Shown here: piece after piece, positions 1-9,905 of the stretch
Numbering within the stretch: position 1 is the stretch's first letter
Layout: every line of letters begins with the position of its first letter
Source: Armatimonadota bacterium
GTDB lineage: Bacteria > Armatimonadota > Fimbriimonadia > Fimbriimonadales > GBS-DC
Length of the DNA stretch: 64,000 bases
Assembly: GCA_037444405.1 (NCBI GenBank)
Contig: JBBIML010000015.1
Coordinates: 39,550-103,549, forward strand
Reading direction: 5' to 3'
Notes under the pieces: model-generated
The model's database searches: none
What the model was told of the DNA's origin: nothing
Seen by the model: only the letters and a program-made list of their open reading frames with translations
Translations under genes and position numbers: made by a program

Positions 1-1
1 C

Positions 2-220
2 TTCCGCGCCTTCGCCACCCACGCCGGCGCCACCCTCCATATCCGCCTGCTGAACGCCAGCAACGACCACCATGCGATTGAAGCCATCTTCAAAGCGTTC
101 GCCAAAGCGCTGGAGATGGCGACCCGCTACAACCCGCGCCAGAGCGCTATCCCGTCCACCAAAGGCTTCGTGGAAGGCGCGAACGAGGAACCGCCGCTGG
201 ACGAAGGCGCACTCGGCTGA
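2..220 (+). CDS. hisB: Imidazoleglycerol-phosphate dehydratase, 3' part (truncated by window start)
   Basis: Frame 2 (absent from the ORF track) reads FRAFATHAGATLHIRLLNASNDHHAIEAIFKAFAKAL...IPSTKG...*. The NxHHxxEAxFK and PSTKG motifs are IGPD signatures. Confidence 0.93.
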   Translation, partial: FRAFATHAGATLHIRLLNASNDHHAIEAIFKAFAKALEMATRYNPRQSAIPSTKGFVEGANEEPPLDEGALG

Positions 221-222
221 CA

Positions 223-876
223 TCAGTTGCTGGAGAAGAAGCCCGGCCAGTTTTCAGGGTCGAACGGCTTGATCTCGTAGGCGTGGGTCACCTCCTGCAG
301 CACCAGGTGCAGCAGGCGCAGGCGCTCGCAGGTGTCCTGCAGCTCCAGCAGGTACTGCTTGAACGGCAAACTCACCTGGAGCGTGCCCGCCACCGCGAAC
401 GAGAGCATCACCGGGTCGTCGGGCAGGCGAATCTCGCTGGTGCGCAAGCCGTACGGCTCCAGCGCGGTGCGCAGAAACTCGGTGAAGGCGTCGGCGACCG
501 CCTGCGTCAGCACCTGTTGCTCTTCGGGTGAAAAGGGCGGAAAGTCGCGCCACGGCTCTATATCAGCCTGTAAATAGGCGGTCAGCCCGCGATGGAGCCG
601 ACGGATGCGGAACCGCTCCTCGCCCAGCGCCAGCAGGTGGAACCGCCCATCCTCCAGCCGACGCAGCCTGCCAATCCGCGCCAGCGTGCCTATCTCGTAC
701 GGCTCCGCCTCACCGCCCACTTCGGAACCCTCCCGAATCAGCACCACCCCGAACGGCGAGTCGTGTTCCAGACAGTAGATGACCAGCTCCCGATAGCGCG
801 GCTCAAACACATGGAGCGGTATCATCGTGTGCGGGAACAGCACCGTCTCCAGCGGAAACAACGGCACCCGACCCAT
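223..876 (-). CDS. Lon protease N-terminal (substrate-binding) domain protein
   Basis: PLFPL..VLFP...PLHVFEPRYR..V motif; no ATPase or protease domain. ATG 876 preferred over GTG 885. Confidence 0.88.
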   Translation of the reverse strand: MGRVPLFPLETVLFPHTMIPLHVFEPRYRELVIYCLEHDSPFGVVLIREGSEVGGEAEPYEIGTLARIGRLRRLEDGRFHLLALGEERFRIRRLHRGLTAYLQADIEPWRDFPPFSPEEQQVLTQAVADAFTEFLRTALEPYGLRTSEIRLPDDPVMLSFAVAGTLQVSLPFKQYLLELQDTCERLRLLHLVLQEVTHAYEIKPFDPENWPGFFSSN

Positions 877-902
877 TTCGCTCACTCTACCACCTGCAAC
901 GA

Positions 903-2462
903 TTATACCCGAATCAATCGGCGCAGGGTCGCAAAGCCGCCGATTCGCGCCCAGCAGGGGAGATTAGACGGCTCTTCAGGGCTTTCAGGCAGGCGGCAAC
1001 GCACGCCCGTGAGCGCCGCCACTATCGCCGCGACCGCCGCGCCCGCCGAATCGGCGATCAGATGCACCTGCATGCCCTGCGCCCGCAACGCCTGCACCCG
1101 CACCAGCAGCTCGCGCGCCAGCCCTGCGAGCGGGGTCAGATTGTAAGTGTCAAAGAAGGCGCTTTTCGGCGCAGCGGGCGACGGCACATGCCACACCTGC
1201 GCATGCGCACCAGCAGGCAACCCTTCTGGCGGTGTACCCCCCTCGCGAATCACCACCATCCACTGCCGTTTCGCGACTGGCTTCCCCTGCGATTCGGGAG
1301 CTTCGGGCAGTTCAGGCAGCCCCAGCATGGAGAGCAATGCATCGCGCAGTTCCCTGCGGAAGGCGCGACGCCGTTGCCAGCGCGACAGGCTCGCCTGCAC
1401 TGCCGCGCGATACCGCGCGAACACGAAGGCGCCATCGCCAGGCACGAACGGGCGCGGCAGCGCGTCGCCCCACACCCGCAACGCATGCAACAACTCCAGC
1501 GCGTCCACCGATGGGTCGTCCGGCACAAAGTTCAGTTTCAGCACCTGCGCCGCCCAGCGATAGTAAGCCGCTCGCGCCTCCGCCCCAAACTGATGACCCT
1601 CCCTCAGATGCACATGCTGGAACCGTTCCGACGCACCGTATAACTGATACACCCGACGGATAAAGGGCGCCACATGCTCAGGGTTATCCGCCGTCCAGTC
1701 TTCCGAATCGGAAATCAGCAGCATCGGTCGGGGCGCGCAGAGGGCAGCGATTTCGGGGTTGCAGGCGAACAGGCGCAACAGGGGCGGGTTCTCGCAGATG
1801 CAGCCGCCCTGCATGCGTGTGGAGACCATCTTCACGGGCGCGGCACAGCACAGGCGCGGCTCCACAGCGGCTAACAGAAAGGTCTGCGTGCCGCCGCCCG
1901 AAATGCCGCTGCAGCCGATGCGCTTCGCGTCCACCTCGGGCTGACGCGCGAGCCACTCGAAGGCGCACAGGCTGTTCCAGGTCTGCAGTCCCGCGCGGCT
2001 GAAGCCCCAACGATGCCATTCGTCTGGTTCGTCGCCCCCGTGTGGCATCTGCAGGTGGTCGTTATAGCCGACCATATCGTACATCAGCACCCATGCGCCC
2101 GCCTGCGCCAGCGCGATTGCCCGCCGGACATCGGGCGTGTTGAGCCGACCCTGCGCAAAGTGCCCGTGCGGTTGCAGCATGGCGGGCGCGCGCCGACCTA
2201 CAGGGCGCTCTGGCAGAAACAGGCTGCCCGTCAGGTAATAACCGGGCAGCGTTTCCAGCGCGAAGCGTTCGATTCGGAAGCCGTCGCCTGTGTAGGCGTG
2301 GGCGCGCAGCGCTCGCAACGGCGCAGGCGGCAACTCCGGCAGCAAGCCGCACGCCAGCCGCACATGGGCGCGCAATCGTTGCGCGAACGCATCCCACTCC
2401 GCGCGGCTCGCCACCCGCGCCATCGACGGCATACATGGCGTGTTATGATCCCGGCTCTGCAC
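903..2462 (-). CDS. Alpha/beta hydrolase, acetyl-xylan-esterase-like
   Basis: PHGH, VDAKRIGCSGISGGGTQT nucleophile elbow and GGCICE motif. Start codon uncertain. Confidence 0.75.
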   Translation of the reverse strand: MQSRDHNTPCMPSMARVASRAEWDAFAQRLRAHVRLACGLLPELPPAPLRALRAHAYTGDGFRIERFALETLPGYYLTGSLFLPERPVGRRAPAMLQPHGHFAQGRLNTPDVRRAIALAQAGAWVLMYDMVGYNDHLQMPHGGDEPDEWHRWGFSRAGLQTWNSLCAFEWLARQPEVDAKRIGCSGISGGGTQTFLLAAVEPRLCCAAPVKMVSTRMQGGCICENPPLLRLFACNPEIAALCAPRPMLLISDSEDWTADNPEHVAPFIRRVYQLYGASERFQHVHLREGHQFGAEARAAYYRWAAQVLKLNFVPDDPSVDALELLHALRVWGDALPRPFVPGDGAFVFARYRAAVQASLSRWQRRRAFRRELRDALLSMLGLPELPEAPESQGKPVAKRQWMVVIREGGTPPEGLPAGAHAQVWHVPSPAAPKSAFFDTYNLTPLAGLARELLVRVQALRAQGMQVHLIADSAGAAVAAIVAALTGVRCRLPESPEEPSNLPCWARIGGFATLRRLIRV

Positions 2463-3735
2463 GCCACACCTCCACCCGCTCCTTCACCGGGCGCAGCAGC
2501 AGCACCGCCAGCACCAGATAGAGCGGCACCAGCGCGAACACCCACCGCCAGCCGACGCCCAGCCCGTACGCGCGGTTCAACGCATCGCCTAACGGTCCCG
2601 CCACCAGCGGCGCCATCACCTGTGGTACGGTCATCGAAATGTGCCAGATGGCCATATAGCGACCCGATTCATTAACGGGCACAAGGTTGCTCGCCAGCGC
2701 CCAGTCGACGGCAGCGAACGCGCCCCACGCGAAGCCGAACAGCGCGCTCAAGCCGTAGACCCAGCGCAGGTCAGGCGCGATCAGAAACAGCACCGTGCCG
2801 ACGCCCATCATCGCAGCGGTGTAGTATAAGACGCGCTTCTTGCTGGTTCGATCCGCCAGCACGCCTGCCCACCAGTTGCCCAGCACGCCTGTCAGCGTCG
2901 CGATTGTCATAATCACAAACGCCTGCATCGGTGCGCCCGCGCCCAGCTTCATCGTGTCCCGCAAATAATACTCCAGAAAGAACAGCACCGTGTAGAAGCC
3001 GAGATTGAACGCGAAGCGCGACAGCACCACCCAGCGGAAGTTCGGATGCTCGTTCAATAAGATGTTAAAAAACAGGCGCGGGTCGACGCGCCTCTCGTCG
3101 GGGTTCGCCGGTTGCCAGCGTGGCTCGCGCAGCCCCAGCACCGTCCAGAGCATCGTTATCAGCAGCACCAGCGCCAGCACCGCGCCCACAATCAGCAGGC
3201 GCGTGGCGAGCGGGTAGCCCCTGAACAGCAGTGGCGGCTCGTTCAGCGCCAGTCCCGCCAGCGCCAGCCCTGCCAGATTGCCCACAAGGGTCATCATGCC
3301 CATATATGCCGACGCCAGCCCGTGCCGCTCCGGCGGCACATAGTCGGGAATCACCGCCTGATAGGGTCCGTTCGCCCAGTTCAGCAGCAGCTGGATCAGC
3401 CCGAAGTAGACCACCAGCAGGATGAAGCTCGGCGTGGTCATAAATAGCAGGATGAACGGCAGGGTCAGCAGCGTGCCCCACAGGATGAAGGGGCGTCGGC
3501 GACCCAGCGGCGAGGTGCAGCGGTCGCTGAGCGGACCTGCGATCAACTCGATAATAGTGGAGAGTAGCGCGCCCGTCGCGCTCAGCCAGCCCAGATAGGT
3601 GCCTTTCACCTGCGCCGGCACCATCTCCGCCACGCGCACCTGCATCACAATCGTCAGGAACGCCGCCCAGTGAACGCTCAATCCCAGCCAGAAAATGCTG
3701 ATCGCCCAGTAATTGACTGCCCGTGTCTCCTTCAA
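2443..3735 (-). CDS. MFS transporter
   Basis: Many hydrophobic segments, GPLSDR...GRRRPF and GVLADRTSKK motifs. TTG 3735 chosen because a TATAAT sits just upstream; the ORF-track extension to 3879 crosses a repeat. Confidence 0.88.
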   Translation of the reverse strand: MKETRAVNYWAISIFWLGLSVHWAAFLTIVMQVRVAEMVPAQVKGTYLGWLSATGALLSTIIELIAGPLSDRCTSPLGRRRPFILWGTLLTLPFILLFMTTPSFILLVVYFGLIQLLLNWANGPYQAVIPDYVPPERHGLASAYMGMMTLVGNLAGLALAGLALNEPPLLFRGYPLATRLLIVGAVLALVLLITMLWTVLGLREPRWQPANPDERRVDPRLFFNILLNEHPNFRWVVLSRFAFNLGFYTVLFFLEYYLRDTMKLGAGAPMQAFVIMTIATLTGVLGNWWAGVLADRTSKKRVLYYTAAMMGVGTVLFLIAPDLRWVYGLSALFGFAWGAFAAVDWALASNLVPVNESGRYMAIWHISMTVPQVMAPLVAGPLGDALNRAYGLGVGWRWVFALVPLYLVLAVLLLRPVKERVEVWRAEPGS

Positions 3736-3769
3736 GATGCAGGGATTATAGCATGGAAAGAGGGAGCAA

Positions 3770-3821
3770 CTAAAACCCCTCTCCCCCTTCAGGGAGAGAG
3801 GGTATGGGTGAGGGAGAACTA
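3770..3821 (-). repeat. REP/MITE-like palindromic element (CCCTCACCC...CCCTCTC..GGGAGAGGGG)
   Basis: Hairpin closely matches copies at 6366-6502 and is flanked by TAG on both sides on the minus strand. Confidence 0.7.
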
Positions 3822-4712
3822 CACCTCCAGACCCGTTGACATCATGTCCCGTGATAGAATCAACGCCTCCGCTAACCACTCCAGCGAGTCGATCAGCCGC
3901 GGTCCAGGGCGACTGAAGAAGGCGCTACCATCGGCGATGAACACCGCGCCACACCGAACCGCGGGCAACTCGCGCCAGCCCGGCATCGACTCCAGGATCG
4001 GCATATCCAGCCGCGTGCGCTCAACGCTGAACCCGCAGCAGGCAATCACGATCGCCTCCGGCTGCCATGCCTGCACTTCCTGCCAGTGGAGCCGTCGGGA
4101 CGGCTTGCCTGCCACACCGTGCCCGTCGATGCCACCCGCCAGCGCAATCAACTCCGGCGTCCAGTGCCCGCAAGCAAACGGCGGATCGATCCATTCCAGA
4201 AACGAGACGCGCACAGGGGGCAGACCCGAGCAGCGCTCGCGCACCCGCTCGATGCGCTCACGGCAATCGGCAATCAATCGCTCGCCACGCTGCGGCACGC
4301 CCGCCGCCTCCGCCACCTGCCGAAAGGTGTCCAGCACCTCCGCCAGCGTGGTCGGCTCCAGATTCAGCACCTGCGGACGCGGATGAAGCGACTCCACTGC
4401 CTCCAGCACCGCGTTCTGCGACACAGCGCACACCGAGCAGAGTGCCTGCGTCAAAATCAGATCAGGCTTCAGCTGCTGCAACAGCGTCGTATCAATTGTG
4501 TAGAGCGTGGCGTGGGTGAGCAGCGTTTCGGACACCATGCGGTCAATCTCGCCGCTGGGCAAATCGGGTGGGATGAGACTACGCGTGATAATAGGCTTGG
4601 TCAGCACCTCTGGCGGATAGTCGCACTCGTGGCTGCGGGCAATCAGGCACTCGCCCAGCCCCAGCGCATACACAATCTCTGTTGCGCTCGGCAAAAGCGA
4701 CACGATCCGCAC
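3819..4712 (-). CDS. Cobalamin/Fe-siderophore periplasmic-binding-protein family (BtuF-like)
   Basis: RIVSLLPSATEIVYALG, SHECDYP, LKPDLILTQ and FSRPGPRL motifs. GTG 4712 lies 6 nt after TATAAT. Confidence 0.88.
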   Translation of the reverse strand: MRIVSLLPSATEIVYALGLGECLIARSHECDYPPEVLTKPIITRSLIPPDLPSGEIDRMVSETLLTHATLYTIDTTLLQQLKPDLILTQALCSVCAVSQNAVLEAVESLHPRPQVLNLEPTTLAEVLDTFRQVAEAAGVPQRGERLIADCRERIERVRERCSGLPPVRVSFLEWIDPPFACGHWTPELIALAGGIDGHGVAGKPSRRLHWQEVQAWQPEAIVIACCGFSVERTRLDMPILESMPGWRELPAVRCGAVFIADGSAFFSRPGPRLIDSLEWLAEALILSRDMMSTGLEV

Positions 4713-4888
4713 GCGCCCATTATACCACCCAGCGACGCCCATCGCCCAGTAACTCAACGAGTTTTTTGCCAGACCGCCTCCAGAACCCTTGGCATCAGGC
4801 GAGTCTTGATATATAATAGGATGTGTTATAATAGGATGTGTCTACCCACCAACACCTGCGAGAGGCTAACAAGAGGAGGAGGTCAAAC

Positions 4889-6370
4889 ATGACACGCATG
4901 GGTTTGATGGGCAAGACGGTGCGCCTGACGATGGCGCTTGCAAGTATAGCGTTGACGAGCGCGCTCTTCGCGCAGGGCACATGGACCTGGCAACAACAGT
5001 GTAGCAGCAACGAGTGGTCAACCATCTGCCAGGGTTCCATCTGCGGCTACGACCAGAATGGCAACCCTGTCTACTGGTACGCGAACAACTGGGGACATAT
5101 GTACTGCGGCTACTCGCCCGGTTTACCTGGACCTGGCTCTATTGTGCAGTTTCCTTCAGGTTCAGGGGCGCTACTTGCCAGCAATGTGGACATCCTCAGC
5201 GTTACGATAGCCAGTGGCGCTCTGCTGAACTGGAGTTCAGGCACGATGATCCTGCGCGATCCGAGCGGCGCCAATCCCGGTTCTCTAAGCATTCTCAACG
5301 GAGGCACTTTGCTCTGGAGCAGCGGCTCGCTTGTTCTTCAAAACGCCTCGAATGGCGATCCCGGCACTTTGACCAACGCGGGGCTGTTGCGCTGGGTCAA
5401 TAATGTCTCGCGCGGGCTGAGCGGCTTGCTTATCAATCAGAACCAGCTGCTCCACGAGGCTGGCGGTACCTACTTCAACACCGCCACTTTGCGCAACACC
5501 GCCAGCGCCACCGCCGAAGTGCGCTCAGGAGGCTGGTACAACAACACAGGCACCAACTTGGTGGTCAATCTCGGCACGCTGAAAAAGGTCTCGCTCGCTT
5601 CCTTCTCCATCTCGGTCAACACCACCAACAGCGGGCTGATTTCGGTGGAAAGCGCCACGCTCGCTTTCACCAACCTCACCCAGACCGACGGCGAGACTCG
5701 CATCTACCGCAACACCACGCTCTCGGTGAGCAACCCGTTCACGATGCAGGGCGGTAAGCTCACAGGCGCAGGCACGCTCAGCGGCAGCCTCAACAACACC
5801 GCGGGCACTATCGCCCCCGGCATCGACGACCCCGACCTGAACCCGCTCGGCATCCTGACCCTCAGTGGCAACCTGACGATGGGCGCCGACGCCGCCTTTG
5901 AGGTGGAACTCGCGGGCACCGATAACTCCGACCCTGCCAACCCGCAGTACGACCGCCTCGTGGTGGACGCGAGCGGAACCACGCGTACGATCCAGCTGGA
6001 CGGCACGCTGCGCGTGAAGGGTCGGAATGGGTATGTGCCCGCGCCGGGTGATACCTTTGATATTCTGGTGCGCACGGGCAGCTACTGGAACTTCTCAGGG
6101 GCGTTCCACACGGTGGAGGTGGACGCCGACACGCTGCCGTGTGTGGCGTTTGAGGTGCAGTACCTGTCCGACCGCGTGCGGTTGGTGGCTCAGGCGGCGG
6201 GTAGCCCCGACATCAACCGCGACGGGTGCGTGGACGACGCCGACCTGCTCGCAGTGCTGTTCGCGTTTGGTCAGACGGGCAGCGGTCTGCCTGAAGACAC
6301 CAACTGCGACGGGGTTGTGGACGACGCCGACCTGCTGCAGGTGCTGTTCGCCTTCGGTCAGGGGTGTTAG
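4889..6370 (+). CDS. Secreted beta-strand-rich (adhesin/autotransporter-passenger-like) protein with C-terminal dockerin-like tandem
   Basis: GGAGG RBS, signal peptide, G/N/T/S-rich repeats, IAPG...G.LT..G motif, and two D.N.DG.VDDADLL.VLFAFG repeats. Confidence 0.75.
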   Translation: MTRMGLMGKTVRLTMALASIALTSALFAQGTWTWQQQCSSNEWSTICQGSICGYDQNGNPVYWYANNWGHMYCGYSPGLPGPGSIVQFPSGSGALLASNVDILSVTIASGALLNWSSGTMILRDPSGANPGSLSILNGGTLLWSSGSLVLQNASNGDPGTLTNAGLLRWVNNVSRGLSGLLINQNQLLHEAGGTYFNTATLRNTASATAEVRSGGWYNNTGTNLVVNLGTLKKVSLASFSISVNTTNSGLISVESATLAFTNLTQTDGETRIYRNTTLSVSNPFTMQGGKLTGAGTLSGSLNNTAGTIAPGIDDPDLNPLGILTLSGNLTMGADAAFEVELAGTDNSDPANPQYDRLVVDASGTTRTIQLDGTLRVKGRNGYVPAPGDTFDILVRTGSYWNFSGAFHTVEVDADTLPCVAFEVQYLSDRVRLVAQAAGSPDINRDGCVDDADLLAVLFAFGQTGSGLPEDTNCDGVVDDADLLQVLFAFGQGC

Positions 6371-6502
6371 TGCCCTCACCCCTGTGCCCCCTCTCCCCAG
6401 GCTTGGGGAGAGGGGATTTTGTTAGGGCCTCACCTCCGTGCCCCAGGCTTGTTAGCCTCCTCACCCATACCCTCTCCTCCACAGGCGGGGGAGAGGGGTT
6501 TC
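6366..6502 (+). repeat. Tandem cluster of three REP/MITE-like units
   Basis: Units start with GTTAG at 6366, 6421 and 6451, each followed by CCTCACC. Units 1 and 3 carry the CCCTCTC/GGGGAGAGGGG hairpin; unit 2 is internally deleted. Confidence 0.7.
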
Positions 6503-6554
6503 ATTTCTCCCTCTCGCCGGTGGGGTACGGCTTAAAACCCCGCAAAAAACGGAG

Positions 6555-6582
6555 TCCAGTCCCCTGCTGTGCCTGCCGATAA
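6555..6582 (+). promoter_or_regulatory. Sigma-28 (FliA)-type promoter of fliD
   Basis: Perfect -10 GCCGATAA at 6575-6582 upstream of fliD; the -35 is degenerate (TCCAG). Confidence 0.6.
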
Positions 6583-6628
6583 TCGGTCAGGGAACGGAGC
6601 AGGTTGACCAGGGGGAGGGAGAATCGCT

Positions 6629-8914
6629 ATGTTCGGAGGCAGTATCACAGGCATCAACTTTGCCGGGCTGGCGTCGGGCATCGACACGGAGGCGATTATC
6701 CAGAAGATGATCGAACTCCAGTCGCGCCCGCTCCAGCGGCTGCTGGTGCGCAAGTCGGAGCTGAGCGCGCGCATGAGCGCGTTCGACCAGTTTCGCGGGC
6801 TGGTCAGCAACCTTCAGACCGCTGCCGGCGCGCTCTCTGTCAAAAATGCCTTTAATCTCATTCGTGCCACTTCGTCCGATACGCAGGTGGCGACCGTGAC
6901 GGCATCGACCGACGCGCTGCCCGGCACCTACGAGCTGCGCGTCAGCAGGCTCGCGCAGGCGCATAAGATTATCAGCGGCGCACACACCTCTGCCACCACC
7001 GAACTGGGCGCATCGGGACAGTTCATGGTGAACGGCAAGATTATTGAGGTCAACCCCAGCGACACGCTGACCACCATCGCCAGCAAGATCAACGCCGCGA
7101 ATGCGGGCGTCACAGCGTCCATCCTGAACGGCGATAATGGGCAGGTGTTCCTGACGCTTACCGCCACCCGCACGGGCGCAGAGAGCCGAATCCAGCTCGC
7201 CGATGTCGGCGGCTACAGCATCATCGTACCCACACTCAAGCTGGTGAGCTACGCCGAGTTCATCCGCAACCAGCAGGGCAACGCTGCCCTCTCCGAACGG
7301 TTCACCGATTCGGGCACGCCCCTCGGCACGCTATTCCAGATGAGCAACCCCACCAGCGGCACCATCCAGATTAATGGCGTCGATGTCAATATCGATTTCG
7401 CGACCGACAGCCTCAACACCATCGCCAGCCGAATCAACAGCGCGGGCATCCCGGGCGTCACAGCGTCCGTGGTCAGCGAAACAGTCAACGGCACAACCTA
7501 CTACCGCCTCAAGATCGAAGGTGACAGCGGTGTGCCCACCTTCACCGATAATAACAACATCCTCAAAAATCTGGGCATTCTGCAGAACCAGTACGAGCGC
7601 GAGCTGGTGCAGGCGCAGGATGCCGAGTTCAGCGTCGACGGCATCACCTTCAGACGCAGCTCCAATCAGATCACCGATGTGATCCCGGGCGTGACGCTCA
7701 ATCTGCTCAGCGCGGACGCTGCCAACCCCAAAACGGCAACCATCACCCTCTCGCGCGATTACGACGGCATCAAAGGCTCCGTCAACAACTTCATTAACGC
7801 TTTCAACAGCCTTGTCGACTTCATCAAGCAGAACGCCTCGTTTGACAAGGAGACCCTTCAGGGCGGCATTCTGTTTGGCGACACAACGGTTGGTCTGGTG
7901 CATGACACGCTGGTGCGCAAGATTACCGATGTGGTGCAGGGTCTGGACGGCACGCTGCGGGCGCTCACTCAGGTCGGGGTTCAGCTGGGTCAGGACGGCA
8001 AGCTCACGCTGGACGAAGGCAAGCTGATGCAGATGCTCAATAGCGATTTGACAGGCGTGAGCCGCCTCTTTATTGCGCATGGCGCCGCCACGAACGCGCA
8101 GATTGTGTTCGTGTCGGCGACCGACGCGACGCGCCCTTCGCCCGCGACGGGCTATGAGGTGGTCATCACGCAGGTGGCAACCCGCGCCACCGCCAGCGCC
8201 AGCATCGCGCAAACGGGCGCCAGCACCACCGAAGAGCGACTCACCTTCAGCGGACGACTGTTCGGCGATGAACCCTACACGCTGGTCATCCCGGCAGGCA
8301 GCACCATCGACGACACGATTGCCCGCATCAATAGCGATGCCCGCCTCAAGAATCTGGTGGTTGCCAGCAAGGATAGCGACGGCAGGCTGGTGATTCAGGC
8401 GCGCAACTACGGCTCGGCGGGCAGCTTCACTGTCGTCTCGGACCAGGAAGCCAGCGCGACCAACTCCGGTATCGGCACCAGCCCCATCGAGGCGCAGGGT
8501 CAGGATGTGGCGGGCACCATCAACGGCGAACCCGCCACGGGTCAGGGGCAGTTCCTCACGGGCAACAGCGACAATCCGAACACGGCAGGGCTGCAGATTC
8601 GCGTGCTGGCGACCGCGCCCGGCACCTACGGCGCGGTCATCTTCACGCGCGGCGTCGCCGACCAGGTGCGCCAGTACGCCAGATCGATCACCGATATTGT
8701 GAACGGCGACCTCACGCTGGCGACCAACACGCTCAAGGAGCAGATCGATGCCATCGACGAGCAGATGCGGAGCATTCGCGAGGAGATTAGCCGCCGTGAG
8801 CAGATGTTGCGCCAGCAGTTCGCCCGACTGGAGAGCGCCCTCAGCCAGATGCAGTCGCAGAGCATGCGACTCGCGGCGATGATGAGCGGTATGCCCATTC
8901 TGCGAGCCGCGTGA
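6629..8914 (+). CDS. fliD: Flagellar filament cap protein
   Basis: N-terminal GLASGIDT..II, LAQAH, AQDA.F.VDG...SSN.I.DVIPGVTLNL, C-terminal QF..LE.ALSQMQ; lies upstream of fliS. Confidence 0.95.
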   Translation: MFGGSITGINFAGLASGIDTEAIIQKMIELQSRPLQRLLVRKSELSARMSAFDQFRGLVSNLQTAAGALSVKNAFNLIRATSSDTQVATVTASTDALPGTYELRVSRLAQAHKIISGAHTSATTELGASGQFMVNGKIIEVNPSDTLTTIASKINAANAGVTASILNGDNGQVFLTLTATRTGAESRIQLADVGGYSIIVPTLKLVSYAEFIRNQQGNAALSERFTDSGTPLGTLFQMSNPTSGTIQINGVDVNIDFATDSLNTIASRINSAGIPGVTASVVSETVNGTTYYRLKIEGDSGVPTFTDNNNILKNLGILQNQYERELVQAQDAEFSVDGITFRRSSNQITDVIPGVTLNLLSADAANPKTATITLSRDYDGIKGSVNNFINAFNSLVDFIKQNASFDKETLQGGILFGDTTVGLVHDTLVRKITDVVQGLDGTLRALTQVGVQLGQDGKLTLDEGKLMQMLNSDLTGVSRLFIAHGAATNAQIVFVSATDATRPSPATGYEVVITQVATRATASASIAQTGASTTEERLTFSGRLFGDEPYTLVIPAGSTIDDTIARINSDARLKNLVVASKDSDGRLVIQARNYGSAGSFTVVSDQEASATNSGIGTSPIEAQGQDVAGTINGEPATGQGQFLTGNSDNPNTAGLQIRVLATAPGTYGAVIFTRGVADQVRQYARSITDIVNGDLTLATNTLKEQIDAIDEQMRSIREEISRREQMLRQQFARLESALSQMQSQSMRLAAMMSGMPILRAA

Positions 8915-8923
8915 AGCCTGCGG

Positions 8924-8945
8924 GGGCAGACCAGTGTGTCTGCCC
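8924..8945 (+). repeat. REP-like hairpin GGGCAGAC-N6-GTCTGCCC
   Basis: Perfect 8-bp stem in the fliD-fliS intergenic region; single copy in this window. Confidence 0.45.
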
Positions 8946-8971
8946 GACACCTATCCTAAACGGAGGAACTT

Positions 8972-9397
8972 ATGTACGGTGGCGTGAACGGACAGCAGCG
9001 CTACTTGCAGACGGCGGTGGAGACGGCGCATCCCGCCCGACTGGTGGTGATGCTCTACGATGGCGCGCTCCGCTTCCTCAACCATGCCATTGAATCCATC
9101 GAGCGGCGCGACCACGAACAGCAGAACCTTTACCTGCAGAAAGCCCAGCGCATCCTGGGCGAGCTGATCAGCAGTCTCGATTTCGCGCAGGGCGGCGAAA
9201 TCGCCGAGAACCTGTTCCAGCTCTACACCTATCTCTACAACCAGCTGGTGCAGGCGAACCTGAACGACGACGCGGCAAAGGTGCGCCACGCGATCGCCCT
9301 GCTGAGCGAGCTACGCGAGGCGTGGGACACCATCGCGAGCCAGGTGGAAGCCCCACTCCAGACCTGTGCGCCAGGGAAGGTGCATCTGCATGGCTAA
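8972..9397 (+). CDS. fliS: Flagellar export chaperone
   Basis: VETA.P..LV.MLYDGA, KAQ.I..EL..SLD...GGEIA.NL..LY.Y and ELREAW motifs. Confidence 0.95.
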   Translation: MYGGVNGQQRYLQTAVETAHPARLVVMLYDGALRFLNHAIESIERRDHEQQNLYLQKAQRILGELISSLDFAQGGEIAENLFQLYTYLYNQLVQANLNDDAAKVRHAIALLSELREAWDTIASQVEAPLQTCAPGKVHLHG

Positions 9398-9728
9398 GAG
9401 CCTGATTGAGACCCTGCTGGACGACTTCTGGCTGTTGAGCCTGTCGCTGGAGCAGGCACTGCAGGAGGACGACTGGGATCAGGTGGTGGGGCTGCTCCAG
9501 CGTCGGGAGGAGGTGCTGCGCACGCTGGAGTGCCTGGAGCCAGACCCGGCGTGGCTGCCCAAACTGCGCCGCGCCCTCGAAGTCGACCACCGCTGCCAGC
9601 AACTCATTCAGCGCAAGCAGCGCGCCCTGCTGCTCGAGCTCGAAGAGGAGAGCCAGCAACGCCGCTGCAGCGAGCATTACCGCCCCAACCCCTGCGAACC
9701 ACCTACCCGCTTCGAGCAGGAGGGTTGA
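9390..9728 (+). CDS. FliT-like flagellar chaperone
   Basis: Small helical protein overlapping the fliS stop, with an EDDWDQV..LL..RE pattern; third gene of the fliDST order. Confidence 0.6.
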   Translation: MAKSLIETLLDDFWLLSLSLEQALQEDDWDQVVGLLQRREEVLRTLECLEPDPAWLPKLRRALEVDHRCQQLIQRKQRALLLELEEESQQRRCSEHYRPNPCEPPTRFEQEG

Positions 9729-9905
9729 GTACAGGGTCGGGGCGCTTTCCAGGCGATACTGTCCCTGCGCGTTGATGCGCAAAAAACGGATGCCAGCCCA
9801 GTGCCACAATCCGCTCAAACCGCCACGGGGCGTACAGCCCCCGATCGCCACACACCAGCACCGTCCAGTCGGCTGGAATGCTCCCGTTGGGGGGCTAATA
9901 AAGGG

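Noticed and set aside
3736..3879. N-terminal extension of the MFS ORF
   Set aside because: Runs through the palindromic repeat and the end of the upstream gene; a TATAAT at 3745-3750 supports the later start.
6366..6502. Possible CRISPR array
   Set aside because: Units differ in length and sequence, have no unique spacers, and no cas genes are nearby; better explained as REP/MITE-like repeats.
7331..8950. 539-aa minus-strand ORF, and similar long antisense ORFs (18901-20196, 26846-27958, 44106-45923, 53660-55048)
   Set aside because: Shadows of well-supported genes on the opposite strand in GC-rich DNA; no recognisable motifs.
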